The notes under the pieces were generated by a model. The model was given only the letters and a program-made list of their open reading frames with translations. It searched no databases and was not told where the DNA came from. A program made the position numbers and the translations under genes. From the NCBI GenBank assembly GCA_044356215.1, contig JBIKWQ010000038.1, positions 1 through 31,128 of the forward strand: a DNA stretch of 31,128 nucleotides, given 5' to 3'. Origin of the DNA: Bdellovibrionota bacterium. Lineage in GTDB: Bacteria > Bdellovibrionota_C > UBA2361 > OMII01. This document shows, one piece after another, positions 9,566 through 18,684 of this stretch; positions within the stretch are counted from its first letter, which is position 1, and each line of letters starts with the position of its first letter.

Positions 9566-10741
9566 ATGCCTACAGTGTGCCTTTATCTGCAGGTTCATCA
9601 ACCTCATCGAATTAGGCCCTTCTCCTATTTTGAGGCGGCGAATTCGAACGATTATTTAGATACCAAGTTAAATACGGAGATAATTTCAAGGGTAGCCAGA
9701 AGATGCTACCTACCGATATGCGCGAGTCTCCAGAGAGCGATCGCTCGACACAAAGGGAGATTTAGCGTGGCGCTTTCGCTATCTGGAACAGTTGTCGAGC
9801 AGATGATTAGTTGTGCTCCTGATGCTCTCAAAGCATTTCAAGCGCTAGTAGCGTCGGGGGGAGTCGAGCTTTTAGCGGAGACGTATCATCACTCCTTGGC
9901 CTCGGTTTCAGGTGATTTGGAGGAGTTCCGTTGGCAGGTGCGGGCGCACAAGGCATTAATTGAGCGTGAGTTCGGGGTGGTCCCGCGAGTCTTTCGGAAC
10001 ACTGAATTGATCCATAGCGATACTATAGCAAAAGAGATTGAGAGCCTTGGTTTTAGAGCGGTCATTGTTGAGGGAATTCCGGAGATACTTGATGGCCGCG
10101 AATTGAGCGCCATTTATCAAGCTCCCGGAAGTGAGCTGCGACTCTTACCCAGAAATTGCCCGCTCTCGGATCTGATAGCGTTTAGATTACGAGACGGGGG
10201 AGATAATGGGTTTAGTCTCTCACCAGTTGATGTCTCAGCGCGAATAAAAGAGCTTTGCGCGCCGGACGGGGTTGTGACCATTGGGCTAGATTGCGAGACT
10301 TTCGGTGAGCACCATCAGGGCTCATCTGAGATAGTGGATTTTATTGAGGGGGTCGCCGATTCTCTTCTTGAGGATCCGAACTGGCGATTCGCGACGCCAA
10401 CGCGAATCGCCGCGGAATCTTGTCCGAGTAGCGAGCTCTGCTTCGCGGAGAATAGATCGTGGGCGGATACAGAGAAGGATTTAAGTCCCTGGCTTGGAAA
10501 CGCGATGCAGAGCGCCGCTTTTAAAAGGATCTATGCAGATGAATTTAGAAAAATCTGTCCACCCGATCTGTGGAGGTACCTTCAGACTTCGGATCATTTC
10601 TATTATATGTCTAATAAAGGCGGGCCAGATGGAGATGTGCACAGATATTTCAGGCCGTTTGGGAGTCCTTACGAAGCGTTTATAGCCTATATGAACGTGC
10701 TAAGAGGGATCTCTGTTAAGGCCGCGTTAGTTTCAGGTTGA
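9566..10741 (+). CDS. GH57 alpha-amylase-like glycoside hydrolase
   Basis: VHQP, ETYHHS, FRNTELI, DCETFGEH, SWAD and QTSDHFYYM. Confidence 0.9.
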   Translation: MPTVCLYLQVHQPHRIRPFSYFEAANSNDYLDTKLNTEIISRVARRCYLPICASLQRAIARHKGRFSVALSLSGTVVEQMISCAPDALKAFQALVASGGVELLAETYHHSLASVSGDLEEFRWQVRAHKALIEREFGVVPRVFRNTELIHSDTIAKEIESLGFRAVIVEGIPEILDGRELSAIYQAPGSELRLLPRNCPLSDLIAFRLRDGGDNGFSLSPVDVSARIKELCAPDGVVTIGLDCETFGEHHQGSSEIVDFIEGVADSLLEDPNWRFATPTRIAAESCPSSELCFAENRSWADTEKDLSPWLGNAMQSAAFKRIYADEFRKICPPDLWRYLQTSDHFYYMSNKGGPDGDVHRYFRPFGSPYEAFIAYMNVLRGISVKAALVSG

Positions 10742-10752
10742 GGGGATTTGAA

Positions 10753-11256
10753 ATGAAGCTTACACCAGACAAACTTCGCGAACGAATTGATTCGCTGGGT
10801 ATTAAGTATGAGAGTTATTCGCATCCGGCGGTTTTTACCACGGCGGATATCGCTTTACTGCCGCATGCCTTGCCGGGCATAGATACCAAAAATCTGTTTC
10901 TGAGAGATGAAAAACGCACTCGATACATTTTGGTTTGTGTGAGAGCCGAACTGCGAGTGGACCTAAAACAGCTCGGTCGTTTGTTAGGGATGAAGGGTTT
11001 AACTTTCGGATCTCCAGATGAGCTTGAAAGTTTTCTGGGCGTATCTCCGGGCTCCGTTTGTCTCTTCTCGCTAGCTAATGACAAGAACAATCGGGTCAGC
11101 GGATATATTGATAGCTCAATTCCGCTCGACCTGCAGATGCAGAATCACCCATTAATAAACACCCAGACCCTGGTACTACCGGTATCCGGAATGCTTGATT
11201 TCTGCGCTTCTGTGGGTCATCCGCTAACGCGAGTTGAGATCCCCGAGCGGGTTTAA
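10753..11256 (+). CDS. YbaK/ProX-family aminoacyl-tRNA editing protein (ProXp-ala/PrdX-like)
   Basis: HPAVFT, KNLFLRD, LGVSPGSV and HPLINT motifs; start ATG10753. Confidence 0.88.
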   Translation: MKLTPDKLRERIDSLGIKYESYSHPAVFTTADIALLPHALPGIDTKNLFLRDEKRTRYILVCVRAELRVDLKQLGRLLGMKGLTFGSPDELESFLGVSPGSVCLFSLANDKNNRVSGYIDSSIPLDLQMQNHPLINTQTLVLPVSGMLDFCASVGHPLTRVEIPERV

Positions 11257-11351
11257 TTAAGGTAAGTACCTAATTATAAACGACTAATCTCTGCTTTCTG
11301 GCGGCCTGCGGCCTCGCGTCGTCGCAAATAGCGCAATTTCAGGTGACCTCG

Positions 11352-11381
11352 TTGACCTGAACCCCCAAAGCTGGGTATCAT
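11352..11381 (+). promoter_or_regulatory. Putative sigma70 promoter of the rpmH operon
   Basis: TTGACC-N18-TATCAT, about 85 nt upstream of rpmH. Confidence 0.55.
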
Positions 11382-11464
11382 CTTGGGCCTGAAGTTTTGA
11401 GACCTCGTAGATTTTCAAGCCAAGGGGTTCCGTAGGAAGAACTAGAAGTTAGGTAGTATTCATC

Positions 11465-11626
11465 ATGAAGCGCACATATCAACCAAGTAAGAGAAGTCGT
11501 AATACCACCCACGGATTCCGCAAGAGGATGGCAACCAAGGGAGGTCGTAAGGTTCTAAACGCTCGCCGCGCTCGTGGTCGTAAGCGTTTGGCGGTTTCGG
11601 CTCCACGTAAGGGCCATTACAAGTAG
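11465..11626 (+). CDS. rpmH: 50S ribosomal protein L34 (53 aa; not in ORF track)
   Basis: Hand translation: [53 protein letters not shown]. Confidence 0.98.
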   Translation: MKRTYQPSKRSRNTTHGFRKRMATKGGRKVLNARRARGRKRLAVSAPRKGHYK

Positions 11627-11694
11627 GAATTAATTTCGTCCTGGCCAACTAGTCATCATTTGACGTTGGATCACTTTAGCCTGGAGGCTCTATT

Positions 11695-12108
11695 ATCAAG
11701 AGGCCCTCTCACCAGTCTGTCCAGAGTAGTTCTAGACTCGCGGCTAATTCGCTCGCTCCATCGGCGCGTTTACGAAAAAAGAGTGACATAGAGCTGTGCC
11801 AGAAAGAGGGTCGCAAGCTACACGCGAGACACTTTCTGATTTTAGTTCGGCAGAGTGAGGCTAGCACAAGCAGGCTCGCGGTCGCTGTAACGACTAAGCT
11901 AGAGAAGAGCTCTGTCAGGCGTAATCTAATAAAGCGCCGCATTCGCGAGGTCTTTAGGACCGCTAGGAAAGATATAAAGATACCGATTGATATTGTAGTA
12001 GTCGCCAGACGCGGGGTGCAGCTCTGCGAGTTTGCGGATTATCAGAGAGAGATCTTGGGCGCGTTGAGATCGAATGGTTTTTTGCGGGCGATTGGGGAGC
12101 GCTCTTAG
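11695..12108 (+). CDS. rnpA: Ribonuclease P protein component (start non-canonical and uncertain; not in ORF track)
   Basis: Hand translation gives ARLRKKSD...[29 protein letters not shown]...DIVVVAR (RNR-like motif). It lies between rpmH and yidD; stop TAG 12106-12108. Confidence 0.92.
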   Translation: MKRPSHQSVQSSSRLAANSLAPSARLRKKSDIELCQKEGRKLHARHFLILVRQSEASTSRLAVAVTTKLEKSSVRRNLIKRRIREVFRTARKDIKIPIDIVVVARRGVQLCEFADYQREILGALRSNGFLRAIGERS

Positions 12109-12112
12109 GTCT

Positions 12113-12367
12113 ATGTCCATTAGCTCAGAGAAGAGCGATAACACCATCGCTCCATTTTCTAGAGGGGTGTTAAACTTGCTCTATAAGGGGTATAAGCTCA
12201 TACTCTCGCCACTCTTTGGAAACGTGTGTAGATTTAATCCGAGCTGTTCTGACTACGCCCGTGAAGCGATCGAGCGTCACGGTTGGATAGCGGGTGTTGT
12301 GCTCGGTGTTAAACGAATCCTAAGGTGCCATCCGTGGCATCCAGGTGGAAACGATCCGGTTCCATGA
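12113..12367 (+). CDS. yidD: Membrane protein insertion efficiency factor
   Basis: [11 protein letters not shown]...[17 protein letters not shown] plus synteny; ATG12113 lies just after the rnpA stop. Confidence 0.95.
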   Translation: MSISSEKSDNTIAPFSRGVLNLLYKGYKLILSPLFGNVCRFNPSCSDYAREAIERHGWIAGVVLGVKRILRCHPWHPGGNDPVP

Positions 12368-12418
12368 CTTTGATAGTTTTGTCAGAGGATTTGGCAGATC
12401 AGCTTTAGGGATAATGCC

Positions 12419-14182
12419 GTGAACGATAATTCAAACGATACCGAATACAACCAGCGCGCTATGCGCGCGATCATCTTGTGCGTGTTAGTGGCGATAGCCT
12501 ATACGCAGTTCTTTTTAGCTCCTAAGCGAAACGCGGAGGTGCAGCGTCAGCAACAGGGACAGTCAGTAGCTCAACAATCTGGGGCGACATCAGGAGCCAC
12601 GCAGACAGTTGTCGCGTCGAGTACAGCCGCGCAAGCCGGCGTTAATATCGCGCAGATGAGCGGGGTACAGGCGCGGCCAAGTAAGGAGGAGCTAGATGCT
12701 GCGCCACGATCCGTTGTTAATATCGGCAAGGCGATAGTTTCAATATCTCATCTAGGAGGTAGGGTTGTTGAGTACCGCTTGAGTGATTACAAGCGTGGCT
12801 TGGGTAGCGATGAGGGTTTGAACTTAGTGGATAGCGCAACCTCTGGTGCCCTACCACTAGGCGTTTATGTAGGCCGCGAAAGCGATGAGCGGGTGGTGTA
12901 CACTTTGGCCTCAGTAAATGGAGCCCCTGCAGGCGCTGCAACAGCTAATATCAACTTGGCTGGCGGCGCTGCTGCGACCCTCGAGTTTACAGGCGTGTTG
13001 CCCAATGGAATAAATGTTTCAAAGAAGGTGTCATTCACCGGCGACTCTTATCTCTTCAATGTTGATGTAGCATTAGATAGACCGGACGCGTCAGGCCAGC
13101 CTGTGTGGCTAGAGTGGACCCATTACTACTCAAGCGAGGTCGAGAAAGAGCTGCGAATTAAGCACTCGATCACCATTCTGGATAACGCCAATAAGATCCA
13201 GCTTGTTCCAATAGAGGAGATACCACAGGGACTTCAAGAGCGAGGCGCAAACCGTTGGGTGGCGCTAGGTGATACGCACTTCACCACCACATTAGTCCCA
13301 TCTGTAACTACAGTGAACACCCTCCTCGGACGTGAGGGCGATGTATTTAGCAGTCGAGTCGCAAGCTCGAGCACAGGAGGACGTTTCCACCTCTATGTTG
13401 GGCCGAAAGACTACAAGGCTCTTGAGAGTATCGCTAACTTCAACTTAGAGAGAACGATCGATCTGGGGTGGTTTTCGTTCTTAGCTTTGCCGTTGCTCTG
13501 GTTGCTGCGATCTCTGTACGCGCTTTTCGGTAACTATGGATTGGCGATTATCGGACTTACGCTCTTGGTTAAAGCCGCCTTACTGCCGTTATCAAAAGCT
13601 AGTTTCGCGTCAGCGAAGAAGATGCAAGATCTGCAGCCAGAGATTAAGGCCCTTCGTGAACGTGTAAAGGATCCGAACCAGCTTAATCAGGAGATGTTCG
13701 CCCTCTACAAGCGTAAAGGGGTAAATCCGATGGGAGGATGTTTCCCAGTATTGATTCAGATCCCGGTGTTCCTTGGTTTGTATAACGCTCTCTTAAACGC
13801 GATTGAGCTAAGGCACGCCCCTTTTGCTGGTTGGATTAGGGATCTCTCGGCCCCCGAGAGCTTGCAGCTATTTGGAATAGGGGTGCCGGTTATGGTTCTG
13901 CTAATGGCGGCGAGTATGGTCTATCAGACCTGGACCACTCCGAACCCATCCGCTGATCCGAACCAACAGAAAATGATGATGATAATGCCGTTAGTTTTTG
14001 CCGGTATGTTTATCATATTCCCGATGCCGGCAGGACTAGTTCTTTACTGGTTAGTAAACAACATCATTTCTATCGTGCAGCAGCTATACATGCGTAACGC
14101 CACGAAGGGCTCGGTGTACATGGCGACAGCGGTAGCCAGTGTAGCGATCTTCGGATTTGGCTATCTTTTGACTATGATCTAA
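12419..14182 (+). CDS. yidC: Membrane protein insertase
   Basis: N-terminal TM, large periplasmic domain, YVGPK, DLGWF, GNYGLAII, NPMGGCFP, WIRDLS and GLVLYW. Confidence 0.96.
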   Translation: MNDNSNDTEYNQRAMRAIILCVLVAIAYTQFFLAPKRNAEVQRQQQGQSVAQQSGATSGATQTVVASSTAAQAGVNIAQMSGVQARPSKEELDAAPRSVVNIGKAIVSISHLGGRVVEYRLSDYKRGLGSDEGLNLVDSATSGALPLGVYVGRESDERVVYTLASVNGAPAGAATANINLAGGAAATLEFTGVLPNGINVSKKVSFTGDSYLFNVDVALDRPDASGQPVWLEWTHYYSSEVEKELRIKHSITILDNANKIQLVPIEEIPQGLQERGANRWVALGDTHFTTTLVPSVTTVNTLLGREGDVFSSRVASSSTGGRFHLYVGPKDYKALESIANFNLERTIDLGWFSFLALPLLWLLRSLYALFGNYGLAIIGLTLLVKAALLPLSKASFASAKKMQDLQPEIKALRERVKDPNQLNQEMFALYKRKGVNPMGGCFPVLIQIPVFLGLYNALLNAIELRHAPFAGWIRDLSAPESLQLFGIGVPVMVLLMAASMVYQTWTTPNPSADPNQQKMMMIMPLVFAGMFIIFPMPAGLVLYWLVNNIISIVQQLYMRNATKGSVYMATAVASVAIFGFGYLLTMI

Positions 14183-14185
14183 GAG

Positions 14186-15568
14186 ATGGAGGGGACTACT
14201 ATAGCGGCTTTAGCCACGGCTCCGGCACCAGCGGGTGTCGCTGTGGTGAGAGTAAGTGGTCCTCGTAGTCGGCTCGTTTTAAAGTCAGTCTTTAGCGGTA
14301 AGAAAGATCCGCTTAAGCACCCTAGAACCCTTGTTTTTGGTGATATCCTCGATTTTAAAACAGGCGCCTCTATCGATAAGGGGCTCGCGGTATTTATGCC
14401 AGGTCCTTGGAGCTTCACCGGCGAGGATATCGCCGAGTTTCAATTTCACGGTAGCCCAGTTTTAGTTCAGAGAGTGTTGCGGTCTCTTTACGCGTACGGT
14501 GTCCAGCCGGCGCTAGCTGGTGAGTTCACCAGGCGCGCGTTTTTAAATGGCAAACTCGATCTGGCTCAAGCTGAGGCGATAGCTGATGTTGTGCATGCGA
14601 AGACCGAGGAGGAGCTGCGTTACGCTGGCGAACAGTTAAAGGGAAGGCTTAGTGAGGCGATTAACAGCATCGGAGAGCCCCTTAGAGACGCATTAGCGGA
14701 GATTGAAGCCACCCTTGATTTTCCAGATGAGGATATCAATCCCGATACTCTGGATGCGATAGCGGCGCGCGCCGAAGTAGCACGAGCTAAGATCGAGAAT
14801 CTTCTAGCAACCTACTCCTTTGGCTCTCTGGTTAAGGAGGGAGTGCGGGTGCTTCTCTGTGGCCGACCAAATTCAGGAAAATCTAGTTTGCTTAATCTTC
14901 TTCTAGGAAAGAAAAAGGCGATAGTTTCGGAGATATCTGGAACAACCAGAGATCTCATCGAAGACGAGGCGACCTTCGCTGGTCATAAATTCGTTTTCTG
15001 CGATTCCGCTGGGATTCGTGAGACGAGTGATCAAATCGAGCAAATAGGTGTAGAACTCGCTAAAGAACGCATACCGTGGGCGGATTTAGTTCTTTTAGTT
15101 GTCGACGCGATGGATTCCTCTGAGTCGTGGCGCGAAACTTTAGAGCTGCTTAAATCCAGCGGGAAAAATATCTGGATGGTGGTGAATAAGATCGATCTAA
15201 ATCCGCGAGCGTATGAGCAGTTTGCTGTTCATTCATCGCTCTGCCATCAGAATTTTTTCATATCAGCAAAAACTGGGGATGGAATAGGTTCCTTGATTGA
15301 GTCGCTAGTTGAGGACGTCGCGAAGAGGATGCCGGAGAAGAATGAAACGGGAGAGGTTATAACCAACGAGCGTCACCGTGATTGTCTTGAGAGGGCTGAA
15401 CGAGCGCTCTCGTCATGTGTAGATTCACTTCATAATCGCGCTGCTCCATTATCAATAATAGCCGCGGATCTTAAAGAGGCTTTATCAGCGCTAGATGAGA
15501 TTATCGGGAAGACATACACAGAAGATATTCTCGGCCGGATCTTTTCTAAATTTTGTATTGGGAAGTAG
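14186..15568 (+). CDS. mnmE: tRNA modification GTPase
   Basis: TIAALAT, SFTGED, GRPNSGKSS, GTTRD, NKID and C-terminal FCIGK. Confidence 0.97.
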   Translation: MEGTTIAALATAPAPAGVAVVRVSGPRSRLVLKSVFSGKKDPLKHPRTLVFGDILDFKTGASIDKGLAVFMPGPWSFTGEDIAEFQFHGSPVLVQRVLRSLYAYGVQPALAGEFTRRAFLNGKLDLAQAEAIADVVHAKTEEELRYAGEQLKGRLSEAINSIGEPLRDALAEIEATLDFPDEDINPDTLDAIAARAEVARAKIENLLATYSFGSLVKEGVRVLLCGRPNSGKSSLLNLLLGKKKAIVSEISGTTRDLIEDEATFAGHKFVFCDSAGIRETSDQIEQIGVELAKERIPWADLVLLVVDAMDSSESWRETLELLKSSGKNIWMVVNKIDLNPRAYEQFAVHSSLCHQNFFISAKTGDGIGSLIESLVEDVAKRMPEKNETGEVITNERHRDCLERAERALSSCVDSLHNRAAPLSIIAADLKEALSALDEIIGKTYTEDILGRIFSKFCIGK

Positions 15569-15572
15569 GGGC

Positions 15573-15618
15573 GGAAAAGCGGCAAAACCTCGCTTACGCG
15601 AGTTTTTGCCGCTTTTCC
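15573..15618. repeat. REP-like palindrome / possible terminator hairpin after mnmE
   Basis: GGAAAAGCGGCAAAA-C-CTCGC-TTAC-GCGAG-T-TTTTGCCGCTTTTCC: a 15+5 bp stem with one mismatch. Confidence 0.8.
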
Positions 15619-15656
15619 CTAGGAATATCCCTCACCAATTATAAACTCCCAATCCA

Positions 15657-15684
15657 TCAAGTTTCCCAGCCTTCCCGCCGATAG
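15657..15684 (+). promoter_or_regulatory. Putative sigma28 (FliA-type) promoter upstream of the pnt genes
   Basis: TCAAGTTT-N12-GCCGATAG, close to the sigma28 consensus TAAAGTTT-N11-GCCGATAA. Confidence 0.65.
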
Positions 15685-15768
15685 AACTGTTTAAGAGGGA
15701 GCTGTGGTATCTCACAGCTAAGTTAAAAACTCTCCTGAGAAGAGAAAAAGTTGGGGAAGTAATAAATC

Positions 15769-16902
15769 ATGAGACTTGATATCACCGTAGGTATTCCTAA
15801 GGAGAGTAATCCTGGAGAGACCCGTGTAGCAGCCACACCGGATTCGGTAAAACGACTAGTTAAAGGTGGTTTCAACATAAAGATTCAAGAAGGCGCTGGA
15901 AGGTTAGCTGGCTTTCGCGATGAGGATTACGACGCAGTTGGAGCTAAGATAGTAAGCGGCTCGGAGGTTTGGGTAGCCGATCTGGTCGCCAAAGTCGCGG
16001 CACCCACCGCTAATGAGGCATCAACGATTCAAAGTGGGGTGATGTTAGTATCTCTGCTTGAGCCCTACAGAAACGCTGAATTGCTCGAGCGGTTCGCCAA
16101 GGGGCGAGTTGACGCACTAGCTCTTGAGGCGATACCAAGAACATCTAGAGCTCAGTCGATGGATGTACTTTCGTCTCAAGCTGGCATCGCTGGTTACCGA
16201 GCTGTGCTCGAGGCGGCGCACCACTACGGAAGATTCTTTCCTATGATGATGACATCAGCGGGATCGGCGAAGGCGACGAAGGTAACGGTTCTTGGGGCAG
16301 GCGTAGCTGGATTGCAGGCAATCGCCACAGCGAGAAAGCTAGGCGCGACGGTTGAGGCATACGATGTGCGCCCCGAGACCCGCGAGCAGATTCAATCGCT
16401 GGGAGCGAAATATATAGATATAAAATTAGATGAGTCCGGAGTTGGACAGGGTGGGTACGCCAAAGAGCTCTCCGCGGAATCTAAAAAGAAACTGCAGGAA
16501 GCTTTAGATGAGCGTCTATCAAAGAGCGATATTATTATCACAACCGCTAATGTGCCTGGTCGCAAGGCGCCGATCCTCGTGTCTGATGCCGTGGTCGCCA
16601 ATATGCGCTGCGGCTCGGTGATAGTTGATATGGCAACTCCAAGTGGGGGTAATTGCGCGCTTAGCGTACCTGACCAGGTTGTCGATGTTGGTGGTGTAAA
16701 GATAGTTGGACACACTAATTATCCAGCGATGATGCCAACGGATGCTAGTAGCTTCTTTGCACGCAATTTAGTCTCGCTCCTTGATCTGTTCGTTAAGGAG
16801 CGTGAGCCAGGAGCTCCCACGTTCTTCGTCAATTTAGAGGATGACATCATCGAGTCATCGCTCTTGGTGCATAACGGGGTGCTTAGAATCAAACGAAATT
16901 AA
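15769..16902 (+). CDS. pntAA: NAD(P) transhydrogenase subunit alpha part 1 (dI)
   Basis: [34 protein letters not shown] and GGYAKE. Confidence 0.95.
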   Translation: MRLDITVGIPKESNPGETRVAATPDSVKRLVKGGFNIKIQEGAGRLAGFRDEDYDAVGAKIVSGSEVWVADLVAKVAAPTANEASTIQSGVMLVSLLEPYRNAELLERFAKGRVDALALEAIPRTSRAQSMDVLSSQAGIAGYRAVLEAAHHYGRFFPMMMTSAGSAKATKVTVLGAGVAGLQAIATARKLGATVEAYDVRPETREQIQSLGAKYIDIKLDESGVGQGGYAKELSAESKKKLQEALDERLSKSDIIITTANVPGRKAPILVSDAVVANMRCGSVIVDMATPSGGNCALSVPDQVVDVGGVKIVGHTNYPAMMPTDASSFFARNLVSLLDLFVKEREPGAPTFFVNLEDDIIESSLLVHNGVLRIKRN

Positions 16903-16916
16903 GACGGGGGAGATAT

Positions 16917-17207
16917 ATGTCAACAACGATGGTAGCGATCTACGTTTTCACCTTGGCGTGTTTTGTGGGTTATCACGTGATTTGGGGGGTTACGCCCGCT
17001 CTGCACACACCGCTCATGGCGGTTACCAATGCCATAAGCGCGATCTTAGTGATCGGGGCGATCATAGTAGCGGGTTCAGCGCATGCGTCGGATTCCGTAT
17101 GGGTTCAGATCTTAGGATTTTTAGCGGTAACTCTGGCATCGATCAACATATTCGGCGGGTTTGTCGTGACTAACAGAATACTGGCGATGTTTAAGAAGAA
17201 GGCCTAG
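16917..17207 (+). CDS. pntAB: NAD(P) transhydrogenase subunit alpha part 2 (membrane)
   Basis: [13 protein letters not shown] and [16 protein letters not shown]. Confidence 0.95.
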   Translation: MSTTMVAIYVFTLACFVGYHVIWGVTPALHTPLMAVTNAISAILVIGAIIVAGSAHASDSVWVQILGFLAVTLASINIFGGFVVTNRILAMFKKKA

Positions 17208-17243
17208 TAAGGGGTTTGTAAGGTTTAAGGTGGGGGGCTAATA

Positions 17244-18632
17244 ATGATTAATTTAAGCGGTGATTTCTTTGCGTTCGCTTATCTAGTAGCGACGGTGCTC
17301 TTTGTATTTGGTCTTAAAGGTCTTAGCCATCCAAAAACAGCTTTAAGGGGTAACTTGCTCTCTATGGTCGGCATGGGGGTAGCGATTGTGGTTACTCTAC
17401 TTAGGCCGGATATTAAGAATTACGGTGTTATCTTCGCTGGTCTGCTGGCGGGCGCTGCGATCGGTGTGCCTGTAGCGACACGAATTCAGATGACAGCTAT
17501 GCCGCAGCTTGTGGCGGCGCTGCATAGCTTTGTTGGTCTGGCTGCTGTTCTCGTCGCGGGAGGAACATATCTCATTCACGCCAGTTCAGGACATGTCGAC
17601 GCGGTGTTACTCTTTGAGCTTGTTGTGGGTAGCGCCATCGGCGCGATTACGTTTACGGGTTCTCTTGTAGCTTTCGCCAAATTACAGGGGCTGGTGGGAT
17701 CCGCGCCTTTGGTCTTTAAAGGGCAGCACGCGCTGAATGCTGGACTATTCGGAGCCATTGCGCTGCTGTCAGCGACATTTATCGCTTCACCTAACGCACC
17801 GCTCTTCTGGGCTGTAACAGCTATAGCATTGGCGCTCGGTTTCTTAGTCGTGCTGCCGATAGGTGGCTCGGATATGCCGGTAGTAGTCTCGATGCTAAAC
17901 TCATATTCTGGATGGGCCGCATCAGCGACGGGATTTACCTTAAACAATCCACTCCTTATCGCCACAGGCGCGTTAGTTGGTTCAAGTGGAGCGATCCTAT
18001 CGTATATTATGTGTAAGGCGATGAATCGTTCCTTGGTTAATGTGATCCTTGGAGGATTTGGAACAACGGCGGAGCAGGCAGCCGCGGAGACCACGAGCAA
18101 ACCGTGCAAAACAGCGAGCACAGAAGATGCCGCATTTGCCTTTGAGAACGCCACTAATATAATCGTCGTCCCCGGATACGGTATGGCGGTAGCGCAAGCA
18201 CAGCACGCTGTGAAGGAGCTCTATGAGCAGCTTCACCACAAGGGGGTTGAGGTTAAGTTCGCTATTCACCCGGTGGCAGGACGGATGCCGGGCCACATGA
18301 ACGTATTGTTGGCTGAATCAGAGATCCCATACGATGATGTTCTAGAGCTAGATGAGGTGAATCCTGAGTTCGCGAGGGCTGATGCTGTTCTTGTTATCGG
18401 TGCTAATGATGTAGTAAATCCAGCGGCTCGCAGCAATAAGTCGAGCCCACTCTATGGTATGCCGATCTTGGACGCGTATAAATCAAAGATGGTCTATGTG
18501 ATTAAGAGGTCGATGAATCCAGGATACTCAGGCGTCGAGAATGAACTATTCTATCACGATAACTGCTCCCTTATATTTGGAGACGCTAAGAAAGTCTGCG
18601 AGGGGATAGTTAATAGCCTTAAGGCGGAGTAG
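17244..18632 (+). CDS. pntB: NAD(P) transhydrogenase subunit beta
   Basis: MTAMPQLVAALHSFVG, DMPVVVSMLNSYSG, PGYGMAVAQ and HPVAGRMPGHMNVLLAE. Confidence 0.97.
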   Translation: MINLSGDFFAFAYLVATVLFVFGLKGLSHPKTALRGNLLSMVGMGVAIVVTLLRPDIKNYGVIFAGLLAGAAIGVPVATRIQMTAMPQLVAALHSFVGLAAVLVAGGTYLIHASSGHVDAVLLFELVVGSAIGAITFTGSLVAFAKLQGLVGSAPLVFKGQHALNAGLFGAIALLSATFIASPNAPLFWAVTAIALALGFLVVLPIGGSDMPVVVSMLNSYSGWAASATGFTLNNPLLIATGALVGSSGAILSYIMCKAMNRSLVNVILGGFGTTAEQAAAETTSKPCKTASTEDAAFAFENATNIIVVPGYGMAVAQAQHAVKELYEQLHHKGVEVKFAIHPVAGRMPGHMNVLLAESEIPYDDVLELDEVNPEFARADAVLVIGANDVVNPAARSNKSSPLYGMPILDAYKSKMVYVIKRSMNPGYSGVENELFYHDNCSLIFGDAKKVCEGIVNSLKAE

Positions 18633-18684
18633 CTACCATCGATCTTGTGATTACCAGCGATAGCTGATAAACACTGACCACGGA

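Noticed and set aside
11465..11679. Thermus-style rnpA translated through rpmH in another frame
   Set aside because: In-frame TAG stops at 11650-11652 and 11677-11679 block the rnpA frame.
11775..11781. A-AAA-AAG slippery site supplying an N-terminus to rnpA
   Set aside because: The heptamer is phased in the rnpA frame itself (Arg-Lys-Lys), so a -1 slip would leave that frame, and RnpA-like residues already precede it.
15769..17207. Split pntA as a pseudogene
   Set aside because: The two-part alpha subunit is an established natural architecture, and both parts are intact with their own starts.
17576..18154. 192-aa minus-strand ORF and the other short ORFs nested in assigned genes
   Set aside because: Antisense or alternate-frame shadows of well-supported genes such as pntB.
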